Shown here: positions 9,624-18,699 of the stretch, piece by piece | Layout of the letters: each line of letters begins with the position of its first letter | Position numbering within the stretch: position 1 is the first letter of the stretch | Origin: Candidatus Omnitrophota bacterium | GTDB taxonomy: Bacteria > Omnitrophota > Gorgyraeia > Zapsychrales > JAHFFX01 | Direction: 5' to 3' | DNA: 64,000 nt | Assembly: GCA_023247725.1 (NCBI GenBank) | Contig: JAHFFW010000005.1 | Coordinates: 25,804-89,803 of the forward strand | Translations under genes and position numbers: made by a program | Notes under the pieces: model-generated | The model's database searches: none | Told to the model about the DNA's origin: nothing | What the model saw: only the letters and a program-made list of their open reading frames with translations

Positions 9624-11993
9624 ATGTTCAGCGAATGGGCCTGGAAAAAAATCAATTTCTATTTGGGTTTTTTAGCGATCGGTGTCTTATTCGGCCTGGT
9701 GGTCTTTGCCAGCAACCTCGAGATCAAAGATCTTGATCTCTGGCTGCATTTGAAAATGGGAGAATGGATCGTCCAGCACCATTATGTCCCTGATCACGAT
9801 GTCCTTTCTTGCACCATCGCTGGAAAGCCTTGGATCAATCATGAATGGCTGTTCCAGGTGCTCATTCACTATATTTATTCCTTTTTTGATTTCGACGGAC
9901 TGATCACCATGCAGGTGGTGGTCGTGTGTGTGACCTTCGTTATTCTGCTTTTGATGGGCTTTCATCGTGATCATCTTTTGGGTGTGGTGTTTCTTTTACT
10001 TATTGTCCTTTTGGTTTACCAGTTTCGCTTCACTATTCGTCCGGATATTTTTAGTCTTCTATTTTTTATTCTGTTTATTTACACCTTATCCTTGCACCTT
10101 GACAAGCCCTGGTCGGTCTTGGCCTTATTGGCCATCCAGGTTTTATGGAGCAATTTCCACGGATTCTTTTTTTTAGGACCTTTGATTGTTTTCATCGGCC
10201 TTTTCAGTGAATATACCAAACGCTGCCTGCCCTTGCCATGGGAATGGAACCAGACTGGGCGTTTGACCGACGAGGAATTCCGGCGCCTGAAGTGGATTTT
10301 CCTTATTGTGCTGTTGGCCTGTCTTCTTAATCCCCAAACCTTCAAAGGCGCGTGGTATCCGGTCAGTGTTGCCTTTTCCTTGCCGTCCGAATCCAAAATC
10401 TTTTTTGATGCGATTGTCGAACTGCAAAAGCCAGTGCAATGGAATACGATTTTTTCTCCGGAATATTCCTATTACAAGCTCATGATCTTCTTGTCGTTCA
10501 TCAGTTTTATTTTTAATCGCCGCCGGTTGGATCTGGGCAGCTTGATCCTTTGGCTGGCTTTTTTGTTTTTTTCTCTGGTGGCTGTGCGCAACCTTGTCTT
10601 TTTCGCCTTTGTCGCTTATTTGGTCTGCCTGACCAATTTTATGGGAATTCCCATCTCGGAGATTCTTCCCATCCAGTTTAGCGAACGGAAATTCCTTTAC
10701 ATGACCTCCATTGCCTTGCAGACTTTTTTGATCATATGGATGCTCGATTATTGCGGCAGACTTTCGGAACGCGGGTATTACGACTTCGATCAGTATGAAC
10801 GCAAATCCGAATATCGGGGCGTTAGCCAGCGCAGCTTCCCTAATAAGGCGGCAGATTTTCTGGTGGCCCACCAGATCAAAGGAAATTTCCTCAATGATTT
10901 CAACTCCGGAGCCTATCTTGTCGGACGGACTTCTCCCCAGATCAAGGTTTTTATCGACGGAAGAACCGAACTTTACGGAGCCGAATTTTTCAAGAAATAC
11001 CGCGACATGTGGAAAGACCAGAATATCGAGCTGCTGGAACAGGCCATCAACCGCTACCAGATCACCGGGGCGCTTTTGAACACCATTCAAAAAGAAGTCC
11101 CCGAAAAGGTTTTATTATATTTTGGGGAACATAAAGAATGGGTCCCGGTTTATTTCGATTATGATGGATTGGTTTTTTTAAAAGACATTCCCTTCAATCA
11201 GAAATGGATTAAGGAATTGCGTTTGGACCTGGCCACGTATCGTCCGCCGCGGGTGGATCTTCACCGGTTAGGATCGGTGGTCGTGACACCGTTCCGGGAA
11301 ATCAACCGGGGATATACGTACGAAGTTTTGGGATTTGATCATCTGGCCATTGAAGAAGCGCTGCATGCCCGAAAGATGTCTCCGGGATATATCGAGCCCT
11401 ATAAAATTCTGGGGAAAGTCTATGGAAAAAACAATGATCATGAAAAGGCCTTTGAAAATTTTCGCATTGCGGCGATGATCAATCCGGACGATTTGGAAAG
11501 CCGTTACAATCTGGCGCTGGTGTATGAGCGGCTGGGCGAATACAAATATGCCATCAAGCAATATGAACGACTGCTCAATAGCCATCCGGGCGAAGCCAAG
11601 GCCTATTATCTTTTGGCCAAGATTTATGCCCTTGACCGGCAGACCGCGCGATCTCTTCAAACTTTGAAGCAGGCCGCCAAACGCGATCCCGCGGCCGTAG
11701 TCGATATCCTAAAGATCGGCGATATTTATTATGGACAAGGAGAGTTAGAATCCGCCCTGTCAGCCTTTTTGCTCGCTCTGCGAGGGAAAAGAGAAGCGAC
11801 GCAAACACACCTTCGATTAGGCAAGGTGTATCGGGCTTTGGGTGAGGAGGACAAAGCGACCGAAGAATTTCGCAAGGGGCTTGCGATTGAACCGAATAAT
11901 CCCCAGATCGAGCGGCTGCTGAACAATCCAAAGGCTTTGGAGGAAGGCCTTTCCGTCGGTAATGACGAACGGTCAAACGAGCCGTACCAATAA
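9624..11993 (+). CDS. Polytopic membrane protein (GT-C-like) with C-terminal TPRs
   Basis: DLWLHL..G, W.NHEWL, LWSNFHG, VFIDGR motifs in a multi-TM region; about 5 TPRs at the C-terminus. Confidence 0.7.
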   Translation: MFSEWAWKKINFYLGFLAIGVLFGLVVFASNLEIKDLDLWLHLKMGEWIVQHHYVPDHDVLSCTIAGKPWINHEWLFQVLIHYIYSFFDFDGLITMQVVVVCVTFVILLLMGFHRDHLLGVVFLLLIVLLVYQFRFTIRPDIFSLLFFILFIYTLSLHLDKPWSVLALLAIQVLWSNFHGFFFLGPLIVFIGLFSEYTKRCLPLPWEWNQTGRLTDEEFRRLKWIFLIVLLACLLNPQTFKGAWYPVSVAFSLPSESKIFFDAIVELQKPVQWNTIFSPEYSYYKLMIFLSFISFIFNRRRLDLGSLILWLAFLFFSLVAVRNLVFFAFVAYLVCLTNFMGIPISEILPIQFSERKFLYMTSIALQTFLIIWMLDYCGRLSERGYYDFDQYERKSEYRGVSQRSFPNKAADFLVAHQIKGNFLNDFNSGAYLVGRTSPQIKVFIDGRTELYGAEFFKKYRDMWKDQNIELLEQAINRYQITGALLNTIQKEVPEKVLLYFGEHKEWVPVYFDYDGLVFLKDIPFNQKWIKELRLDLATYRPPRVDLHRLGSVVVTPFREINRGYTYEVLGFDHLAIEEALHARKMSPGYIEPYKILGKVYGKNNDHEKAFENFRIAAMINPDDLESRYNLALVYERLGEYKYAIKQYERLLNSHPGEAKAYYLLAKIYALDRQTARSLQTLKQAAKRDPAAVVDILKIGDIYYGQGELESALSAFLLALRGKREATQTHLRLGKVYRALGEEDKATEEFRKGLAIEPNNPQIERLLNNPKALEEGLSVGNDERSNEPYQ

Positions 11994-12014
11994 AATCGAC
12001 TTAAGAAGTTCACG

Positions 12015-12043
12015 TTGAAATGCTGGAAGGCACGACGTATAAT
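12015..12043 (+). promoter_or_regulatory. Sigma70 promoter of glgC
   Basis: TTGAAA-17-TATAAT. Confidence 0.65.
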
Positions 12044-12081
12044 ACCCAACGTTCTCAAAAATCAGGAAGGATTTGGTAACA

Positions 12082-13299
12082 ATGAGAGAAGTTTTGACCT
12101 TCATTATGGCGGGGGGCAAGGGTGAACGGCTCGATCCTTTGACGCGAGATCGCGCCAAGCCCGCCGTCCCTTTCGGCGGGATTTACCGGATCATTGATTT
12201 TACCCTTAGCAATTGCATCAATTCGGGTCTCCGCCGGATTTATGTCCTCATCCAGTATAAGTCCTTCTCCCTGCAAAAACACATCCTCTCCGGCTGGAAC
12301 ATCTTTTCCAATCAATTGGGCGAATTCATCGATGTCATTCCGGCCCAGCAAAGGATTGGTTCTGATTGGTACAGGGGAACCGCAGACGCGATTTATCAAA
12401 ATATCTACGCGATCCGCGATCTCGATCCGCATCTGGTTTTGATTCTGGCCGGCGATCATATTTACAAAATGGATTATCGTAAAATGATGGATGTGCATAA
12501 TGCCAACGATGCCGATATGACCCTGGCCTGCATGGAAATGCCCAAAGAAAGCGCCTCGGGTTTTGGGATTATCGAGGTCGATCAGAATCATCGGGTCTGC
12601 GGCTTTCAGGAAAAACCCGTTCATCCCAAAACGATTCCCGGAGACCCGAACAAGGTCTTTGCCTCGATGGGGATTTATCTTTTCAAAACTGATGTTTTGA
12701 CCGAAGAGTTGGAGGCCGATGCCAAAAATGCCTTCTCCGAACATGATTTTGGTAGGAATGTGATCCCGCAGATGCTCAAATCGAACCGCACGATCTTTGT
12801 CTATGATTTTGTCGATGAAAATAACCAGCCAAAATACTGGCGCGACATCGGGACCCGCGATGCCTATTACCAGGCGAATATGGACTTGGTCAAACCAAAT
12901 CCGCCTTTCAATCTTTATGATCGACAGTGGCCGGTACGGACTTACCATGAACAATATCCGCCAATTCGGGTTTTGAGTGTTTTAACCGGTCAGGCCATGG
13001 CCAGCGGCGCGATCGTTGATTCCATTATTTCTGGCGGCTGTGAAATACGGGGTGGTAAAGTCGACCGCTCGGTTCTCTCCTCCGCCGTGAAAATTGAAAA
13101 AGAGGCCTCAATTAATGCATCGATTCTCATGGAAGGGGTTGTTGTCGGTGAGGGCGCTCAGATCCAGAATGCCATCATTGATAAACAGGTGGTTATTCCG
13201 CCGCAGGCGCGCATCGGGTTTGATTTGGAGGCCGATCGAAAAAAATTTGCGGTCACGACCTCGGGGATCGTGATCGTGGCTAAAAAAGCTTCGCTTTGA
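12082..13299 (+). CDS. glgC: Glucose-1-phosphate adenylyltransferase
   Basis: MAGGKGERL.PLT..RAKPAVPFGG, GTADA, LAGDHIYKMDY, YWRDIGT. Confidence 0.97.
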   Translation: MREVLTFIMAGGKGERLDPLTRDRAKPAVPFGGIYRIIDFTLSNCINSGLRRIYVLIQYKSFSLQKHILSGWNIFSNQLGEFIDVIPAQQRIGSDWYRGTADAIYQNIYAIRDLDPHLVLILAGDHIYKMDYRKMMDVHNANDADMTLACMEMPKESASGFGIIEVDQNHRVCGFQEKPVHPKTIPGDPNKVFASMGIYLFKTDVLTEELEADAKNAFSEHDFGRNVIPQMLKSNRTIFVYDFVDENNQPKYWRDIGTRDAYYQANMDLVKPNPPFNLYDRQWPVRTYHEQYPPIRVLSVLTGQAMASGAIVDSIISGGCEIRGGKVDRSVLSSAVKIEKEASINASILMEGVVVGEGAQIQNAIIDKQVVIPPQARIGFDLEADRKKFAVTTSGIVIVAKKASL

Positions 13300-13334
13300 T
13301 GTTCTTGCCTGCCGTCTTCCAATTTTAATTATTC

Positions 13335-14519
13335 ATGATCATCCAACCCAAAGTTCGCGGATTCATTTGCACGACCGCTCATCCCGTTGGCTGCGCCCGG
13401 CAGGTCCAGGAACAAATTGATTTTGTCAAAAGTAAACCCCGCATCAGCCAAGGAGCAAAAAAAGTTTTAGTGATTGGGGCCTCGACCGGTTATGGTCTGG
13501 CCTCCCGGGTTGTGGAGGCCTTCGGTTCCGGTGCCGCTACGATGGGAGTTTTCTGGGAACGGCCCGCTGAGGATAAGCGCACCGCCACGGCCGGATGGTA
13601 TAATAGCGTGGCTTTTGACCAGGCCGCCCGCAAAGAGGGTTTGTATTCACAAAGCTTCAATGGCGATGCCTTTTCGGACGAGATGAAAATTGCGGTCGCC
13701 AAAAAAATCAAGAAGGATCTGGTTGACGTTGATCTGGTGATTTACAGCCTTGCCTCACCGCGGCGCCAGCATCCGCGGACCGGACAAATCTACAAATCGG
13801 TCCTTCGTCCCAAGGATTACCCCTATACCAATAAATCGATTGATTTTGAGGCGGGCAAAGTGACTGAGGTCACTCTGCCCGCCGCGACAGCGCAAGAGAT
13901 CGAACATACGGTCGCGGTCATGGGAGGGGAAGATTGGGAAATGTGGATGGACGCTCTCATGGAACATGGCGCTCTCGCTCACAAGGCCTACACGGCTGCC
14001 TACTCTTATATAGGGCCGGAGGTGACGACCGCGGTCTATCGAAATGGCACGATTGGCGCGGCCAAAGACCATTTGGAAAAAACCGCAAAAAAACTTAATG
14101 AAAAATTGCAGCAGAAAGGCGGCGGGGCGCTGGTTTCGGTCAATAAGGCCCTGGTTACACAGTCCAGCTCGGCGATTCCTTTTATCCCCTTGTATTTTGT
14201 TTTATTGAAAAAAGTGATGAAGTCTAAAGGAATTGAAGAAAATTGTATCCAACAAATCTACCGCCTTTTTGCCGAGCGTCTTTATGCGAATAAGCCGATT
14301 CCCTTGGACGAAGAAGGCCGGGTGCGAGTGGATGATTTAGAAATGCGGCCCGATGTGCAAAGAGAAGTTCAAGCCCTGTGGGAGAAGGTCAATACCGACA
14401 ATGTCAAACAGTTGGCCGATGTCCAGGGCTACGAAGAGGATTTTCTGCATTTGTTTGGTTTTGGTTTTCCGGATGTGGATTATCATGCCGATGTTGAAAT
14501 AGACCTTCCTCTGCCATAA
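13335..14519 (+). CDS. fabV: Enoyl-ACP reductase FabV / trans-2-enoyl-CoA reductase
   Basis: MIIQPKVRGFICTTAHPVGC, GASTGYGLA, YSLASPRR, YSYIGP, FGF. Confidence 0.95.
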   Translation: MIIQPKVRGFICTTAHPVGCARQVQEQIDFVKSKPRISQGAKKVLVIGASTGYGLASRVVEAFGSGAATMGVFWERPAEDKRTATAGWYNSVAFDQAARKEGLYSQSFNGDAFSDEMKIAVAKKIKKDLVDVDLVIYSLASPRRQHPRTGQIYKSVLRPKDYPYTNKSIDFEAGKVTEVTLPAATAQEIEHTVAVMGGEDWEMWMDALMEHGALAHKAYTAAYSYIGPEVTTAVYRNGTIGAAKDHLEKTAKKLNEKLQQKGGGALVSVNKALVTQSSSAIPFIPLYFVLLKKVMKSKGIEENCIQQIYRLFAERLYANKPIPLDEEGRVRVDDLEMRPDVQREVQALWEKVNTDNVKQLADVQGYEEDFLHLFGFGFPDVDYHADVEIDLPLP

Positions 14520-14659
14520 TTTTTCCTCACCCCCTTTTTTCTAAGAAATCAAAAAATTTTTAACGAATAATTTTTTACAAGCAAGCGATGCCAAAGGCTG
14601 CATAATAATGTCAATTTCCGGATGAACATGCCAAAAGAATGAAAAATTTTAGAAAACCA

Positions 14660-14688
14660 TTGACACGGTTTTAGTTGTCCTTTACAGT
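14660..14688 (+). promoter_or_regulatory. Sigma70 promoter upstream of HTH-ACP-smc
   Basis: TTGACA-17-TACAGT with AT-rich upstream sequence. Confidence 0.55.
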
Positions 14689-14852
14689 GGAATCATATTT
14701 GTAAAATCAGCAACACACTCGACGGCCGAGGCTAAGCTCGGGCGCTTGCTCAGGGTTGACACGAAGTGGCCCCGAACAATCGCGCCATGAAGGCATGGCG
14801 AAAGGGCTGCGACGTTTCAAGCATTTGCCTCATCATAGAAATGGGGTTCGAC

Positions 14853-15044
14853 GTGTCTGTACCCGTCAATTACGAGCGCTTGATGACCATCGATGAAGCC
14901 GCCGAATATCTGCGAGTAAAAAAACGCACCATTTATGATTGGGTTAAGAAAGGAAAAATTCCAGCGATCCGAACGGTGGGTCAATGGCGTTTTAAAAAAG
15001 TCAAGATTGATCATTGGCTGGAGAATGGACATGGAGAGGCATGA
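14853..15044 (+). CDS. Excisionase-like (HTH_17) DNA-binding protein; start uncertain (14841/14853/14883)
   Basis: LMTIDEAAEYLRVKKRTIYDWVKKGKIPAIRTVGQWRF. Confidence 0.85.
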   Translation: MSVPVNYERLMTIDEAAEYLRVKKRTIYDWVKKGKIPAIRTVGQWRFKKVKIDHWLENGHGEA

Positions 15045-15304
15045 CTGACTCAGGCGCTCGTCCTAATGTAGAGAGTGACATCCGGGACTTGGTGGCCGAG
15101 ATCCTCGAAACCGATCCGAAATCTATTGATGGCGATGCAAATTTCGTTAAAGATTTGGGAATGGATTCGATGAATGCGTTAGAGATCCTGGCGGGGATCG
15201 AGAAAAAATACCGGATTGCCATTCCGGAAGATACTCTGCCCAAATTCATCTCGCTCAACCAGACCGTTAAGATCATTCAAGATATTCTGGCAAAGAAAAA
15301 ATAA
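15041..15304 (+). CDS. Acyl carrier protein
   Basis: DLGMDSM phosphopantetheine motif; acidic 87-aa protein; GGAG RBS; ATGA overlap with the HTH gene. Confidence 0.9.
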   Translation: MTDSGARPNVESDIRDLVAEILETDPKSIDGDANFVKDLGMDSMNALEILAGIEKKYRIAIPEDTLPKFISLNQTVKIIQDILAKKK

Positions 15305-15342
15305 AAGAAGTTCAAAAGCGACCCCTCCAACCCAGACTACCC

Positions 15343-18300
15343 ATGTATTTTAAAAAGCTGGAGATCTTTGGCTTTAAGTCATTCGCCGATAAGACCGTGT
15401 TGAACTTTGGTCCCGGAATCACGGCGGTCATTGGTCCGAACGGCTGCGGCAAAAGCAATATCTTCGATTCCATTCGTTGGGTTTTGGGCGAACAGAGTGT
15501 GAAAGAACTGCGCGGTTCGTCCATGGAGGATGTGATTTTCAACGGCACCGATAAAAAACCGGGCTTGGGATTTGCGGAAGTGAGCCTGACGTTTTCCAAC
15601 GAGTCCAAAATGTTGCCGGTCGATTATAACGAGGTGACCGTCACCCGTCGGCTGTTTCGCTCCGGCGAAAGCGAATATCTGCTCAATCGATTGGGGGTGC
15701 GCTTAAAGGACATTCAAGAATTGTTTATGGGAACCGGCATTGGCGCCGAGGCCTATTCGCTCGTTCAGCAGGGAAAGGTGGATTTAGTCGTCAGCGCCCG
15801 TCCCGAAGACCGGCGGCTGATCTTTGATGAAGCGGCCGGGATCACGAAATACAAATCCAAGAAAAAGGAAGCCCTGAATAAACTCAAAGAGACTGAAAAT
15901 AATCTGCTGCGGATCAATGACATCGTGGTCGAGGTCAAAAGGCAGATTGCCTCCATCGAGCGTCAGGCCAGTAAGGCGCGCCGGTACAAGGAGGAATTTG
16001 AAAAACTGAAAAGCCTGGAAGTTCAATTGGGCCGGATGCAGTGGCATCACTTCCAGGAACAGCGCCGGCAATTGCAAACACAGGTCGCTGAACTTCGCCA
16101 AAAAGAAAACCGCCATCATGCCGAGATTGAAGAATATCAGAATCTGCTATCTCACGAGGAGGCCCTCCTTGCCGATTTGGAACAAAAGATCAGTGACATC
16201 CATGCTGCCGAGATCAAAATGGAAAATCAAATGGACATCGAGCAACGGCAGATCGGCTTTAATGACGAACGTTGGGAAAATCTCAGTCTCAACGAGTCTC
16301 GCCTTCAACAACACAAGACCCAATTGGTGGAACGCTGTCGTCAGCAACAGGAAAAGATTGATGAATTGAACAAGGCCATCGTGGCCTTGACGCAATCCTG
16401 GGATAAGAATCGACAGGAGTTGGATGCGAAAAAAACCGCCTTAGAAGAAATTGCCCGCCGGGTCAGTGAGTGTAAAGAGATTATTCGCCGGGAAGAAGAA
16501 AAGATCTTGGATTTAAACACGCGCCAAGTTCGGGTGAAAAATGAACTCACGGAAATCATGAAAGAGCTGCAAGGCATTTTGGCGCGCAAACGCCGTCTGG
16601 AGATGGAAGGAACCAAGGTCTCCAGTGAAAAACAGGAAGTGGATCAAAAATTGCAATCGGTGGGCCAGGCCATCGAAGCGGCTCAACAAAGACTCAATGA
16701 ACTCAAAAGCAAAGAGGCAGCCAAACAAGAAAGTCTCACCGTTCTCAAAGAGCGGCTCACGGCCTTGCAGCACACGATCAGCGAATTGGACAAAAAAAGA
16801 CTTTTATTCATTTCCCAAAAAGAATTTATCGAGAAATTAAGGGTTCAGTATGAGGATATTCCGGACCCTGTCGTCGAAGGTCGGATCCTCACTCAGATTT
16901 GGCCAACCGAAAACCACAACGGGATCATCGGCAAAGTCAAACGGGTTAATCCCTTGTCGCAAGAGGAACAATCGCAACTCAAGCACAGATGGGCTATATC
17001 GAATCCGGACCCGTTGTATGAAATCATTTGCGAGACGAAGTTCATTGAGCTTGACCCGCAGGACATCTCTGCCAAGATTGGAGAAATCACCCTGCAGATT
17101 GAAACCGAATGCAAGGCGCGCGAAGAAACGATCGAACGGATGAGCGCGGAACAGACCGAGCTTGATCGGCTATTGGAAGAATTCCGCGCGCAGGAAAAAT
17201 CGCTTTCCATTTTCGAATCGCAAAAAAGTGAAATCCTCAAAAGTGTCAACAAATTGATCAGCGAGTTGGAATTGGTCGACCTGGAAATCAAAGAGTCCGT
17301 GCAGTTGCTCAAATCCCTCAAGGAAAGAGAGGATACGCTCAGTGCCGAATTAAATACCAGCAATCAACAAATCCAGACGAGCCAACAGAACATCAAGGAT
17401 CAGCAAAATGCGACTGAAGCTCAATCCCGCGAACGGGAATCGGTCACGGTGACAATCGCGCAGCTCGAGACTGAGATTGATTCGTTCAAAAATCAAGAGA
17501 AGAACCAGCAGGAGAGCCTGACCATTGTGTTGGACACTCAACAGGGCTCACAAGAAGAAATTGAGCGGATAGATGCGGAAATTGCGGAATCGACACAAAA
17601 AAAGACCAAGCTTCAGGAAGAGTCGGAACTGCTCAAACTCAAGATCGAAGATTTAAAAACCCAAAAGGATTCCTTAAAAGAATCCCTGAGGGGATACGAA
17701 GCCCAGAGAGGGGATATTTCCCAAAGGCTCAACAGCATTCACCGGCAAATTTCTGCCGTCGAGTCAGCGATTGAAAATTTTCGCGGGGAATTGCATCAAT
17801 ACGAACTCAAAGAACAGGAATTGACCTTCAGCGAACGCGGGCTTAAGGACAAATTGTTGCAGACTTACAAAATCAATTTGGATGACCTTTTTGTTGCCGG
17901 GTCCAAGGATGTGACTGACGTGGCTGATTCTCCTGTCCCTTCCCATCAAACTCCTCTGGCGGAAGGATCCGCAGCTTCCACCGAGTCACTCAATCTATTT
18001 TTCAATCCAGAAGAATTGTTGGTCGAGATTGACCGGCTAAAAAAACGCTGCGATTCCTTTGGCTCCGTCAATCTCGTCGCTATTGATGAATTTGAGGAAT
18101 TGCGCCAACGATTTGAATTCCTTACAAAGCAACAAAGCGATTTGATTACCGCGAAGGAATCCTTGCATCAAACGATTTTGAAGATCAATCGGACGACCCG
18201 CCAGATGTTCATGGAAACATTCACCAAGGTCAGCGAAGAGTTTCGAATTTATTTTCGTATGTTATTTGGCGGCGGGGAAGCACAGCTGGTTCTTTTAGAT

Positions 18301-18699
18301 CCGGAAAACGTGCTCGAATCCGGGATTGAAATCGTCGCCCGTCCGCCGGGAAAGAAGCTGCAAAATATCAGCCTCCTGTCCGGCGGGGAAAAGACCTTAA
18401 CCGCCATTGCCTTAGTTTTTGGGGTCTTCAAGGTGCGTCCGAGTCCATTCTGTGTTCTCGATGAAATTGACGCGGCCTTGGATGAATCCAATGTTGGTCG
18501 CTTTGGTTATCTTTTGAGAGATTTTGCCAAGATTGCCCAGTTCATTGTCATCACGCACAATAAAAGGACCATAACGCACGCCGATGTCATGTATGGCATC
18601 ACCATGCAGGAAACTGGGGTTTCGAAAATCGTCTCAGTGAAATTTTCTGCGGATGCGAAAAAGAAGGACGCAACCCAAGAGATTGAGGTGGGGGTTTAA
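15343..18699 (+). CDS. smc: Chromosome segregation protein SMC (non-canonical short hinge)
   Basis: GFKSF, GPNGCGKSN Walker A, QG Q-loop, long coiled coils, LSGGE, LDEIDAALD. Confidence 0.95.
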   Translation: MYFKKLEIFGFKSFADKTVLNFGPGITAVIGPNGCGKSNIFDSIRWVLGEQSVKELRGSSMEDVIFNGTDKKPGLGFAEVSLTFSNESKMLPVDYNEVTVTRRLFRSGESEYLLNRLGVRLKDIQELFMGTGIGAEAYSLVQQGKVDLVVSARPEDRRLIFDEAAGITKYKSKKKEALNKLKETENNLLRINDIVVEVKRQIASIERQASKARRYKEEFEKLKSLEVQLGRMQWHHFQEQRRQLQTQVAELRQKENRHHAEIEEYQNLLSHEEALLADLEQKISDIHAAEIKMENQMDIEQRQIGFNDERWENLSLNESRLQQHKTQLVERCRQQQEKIDELNKAIVALTQSWDKNRQELDAKKTALEEIARRVSECKEIIRREEEKILDLNTRQVRVKNELTEIMKELQGILARKRRLEMEGTKVSSEKQEVDQKLQSVGQAIEAAQQRLNELKSKEAAKQESLTVLKERLTALQHTISELDKKRLLFISQKEFIEKLRVQYEDIPDPVVEGRILTQIWPTENHNGIIGKVKRVNPLSQEEQSQLKHRWAISNPDPLYEIICETKFIELDPQDISAKIGEITLQIETECKAREETIERMSAEQTELDRLLEEFRAQEKSLSIFESQKSEILKSVNKLISELELVDLEIKESVQLLKSLKEREDTLSAELNTSNQQIQTSQQNIKDQQNATEAQSRERESVTVTIAQLETEIDSFKNQEKNQQESLTIVLDTQQGSQEEIERIDAEIAESTQKKTKLQEESELLKLKIEDLKTQKDSLKESLRGYEAQRGDISQRLNSIHRQISAVESAIENFRGELHQYELKEQELTFSERGLKDKLLQTYKINLDDLFVAGSKDVTDVADSPVPSHQTPLAEGSAASTESLNLFFNPEELLVEIDRLKKRCDSFGSVNLVAIDEFEELRQRFEFLTKQQSDLITAKESLHQTILKINRTTRQMFMETFTKVSEEFRIYFRMLFGGGEAQLVLLDPENVLESGIEIVARPPGKKLQNISLLSGGEKTLTAIALVFGVFKVRPSPFCVLDEIDAALDESNVGRFGYLLRDFAKIAQFIVITHNKRTITHADVMYGITMQETGVSKIVSVKFSADAKKKDATQEIEVGV

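Noticed and set aside
14577-14595. Minus-strand TTGGCATCGCTTGC as a sigma54 promoter
   Set aside because: The GG-to-GC spacing is 8 nt rather than 10.
14853-15044. Excisionase-like gene as a prophage marker
   Set aside because: No integrase, phage genes or att sites nearby; HTH_17 proteins are common standalone regulators.
15343-18699. SMC as a Wadjet/MksB or Rad50/SbcC defence or repair ATPase
   Set aside because: Head motifs are canonical Smc; no jet/mks or sbcD neighbours and no CxxC hook.
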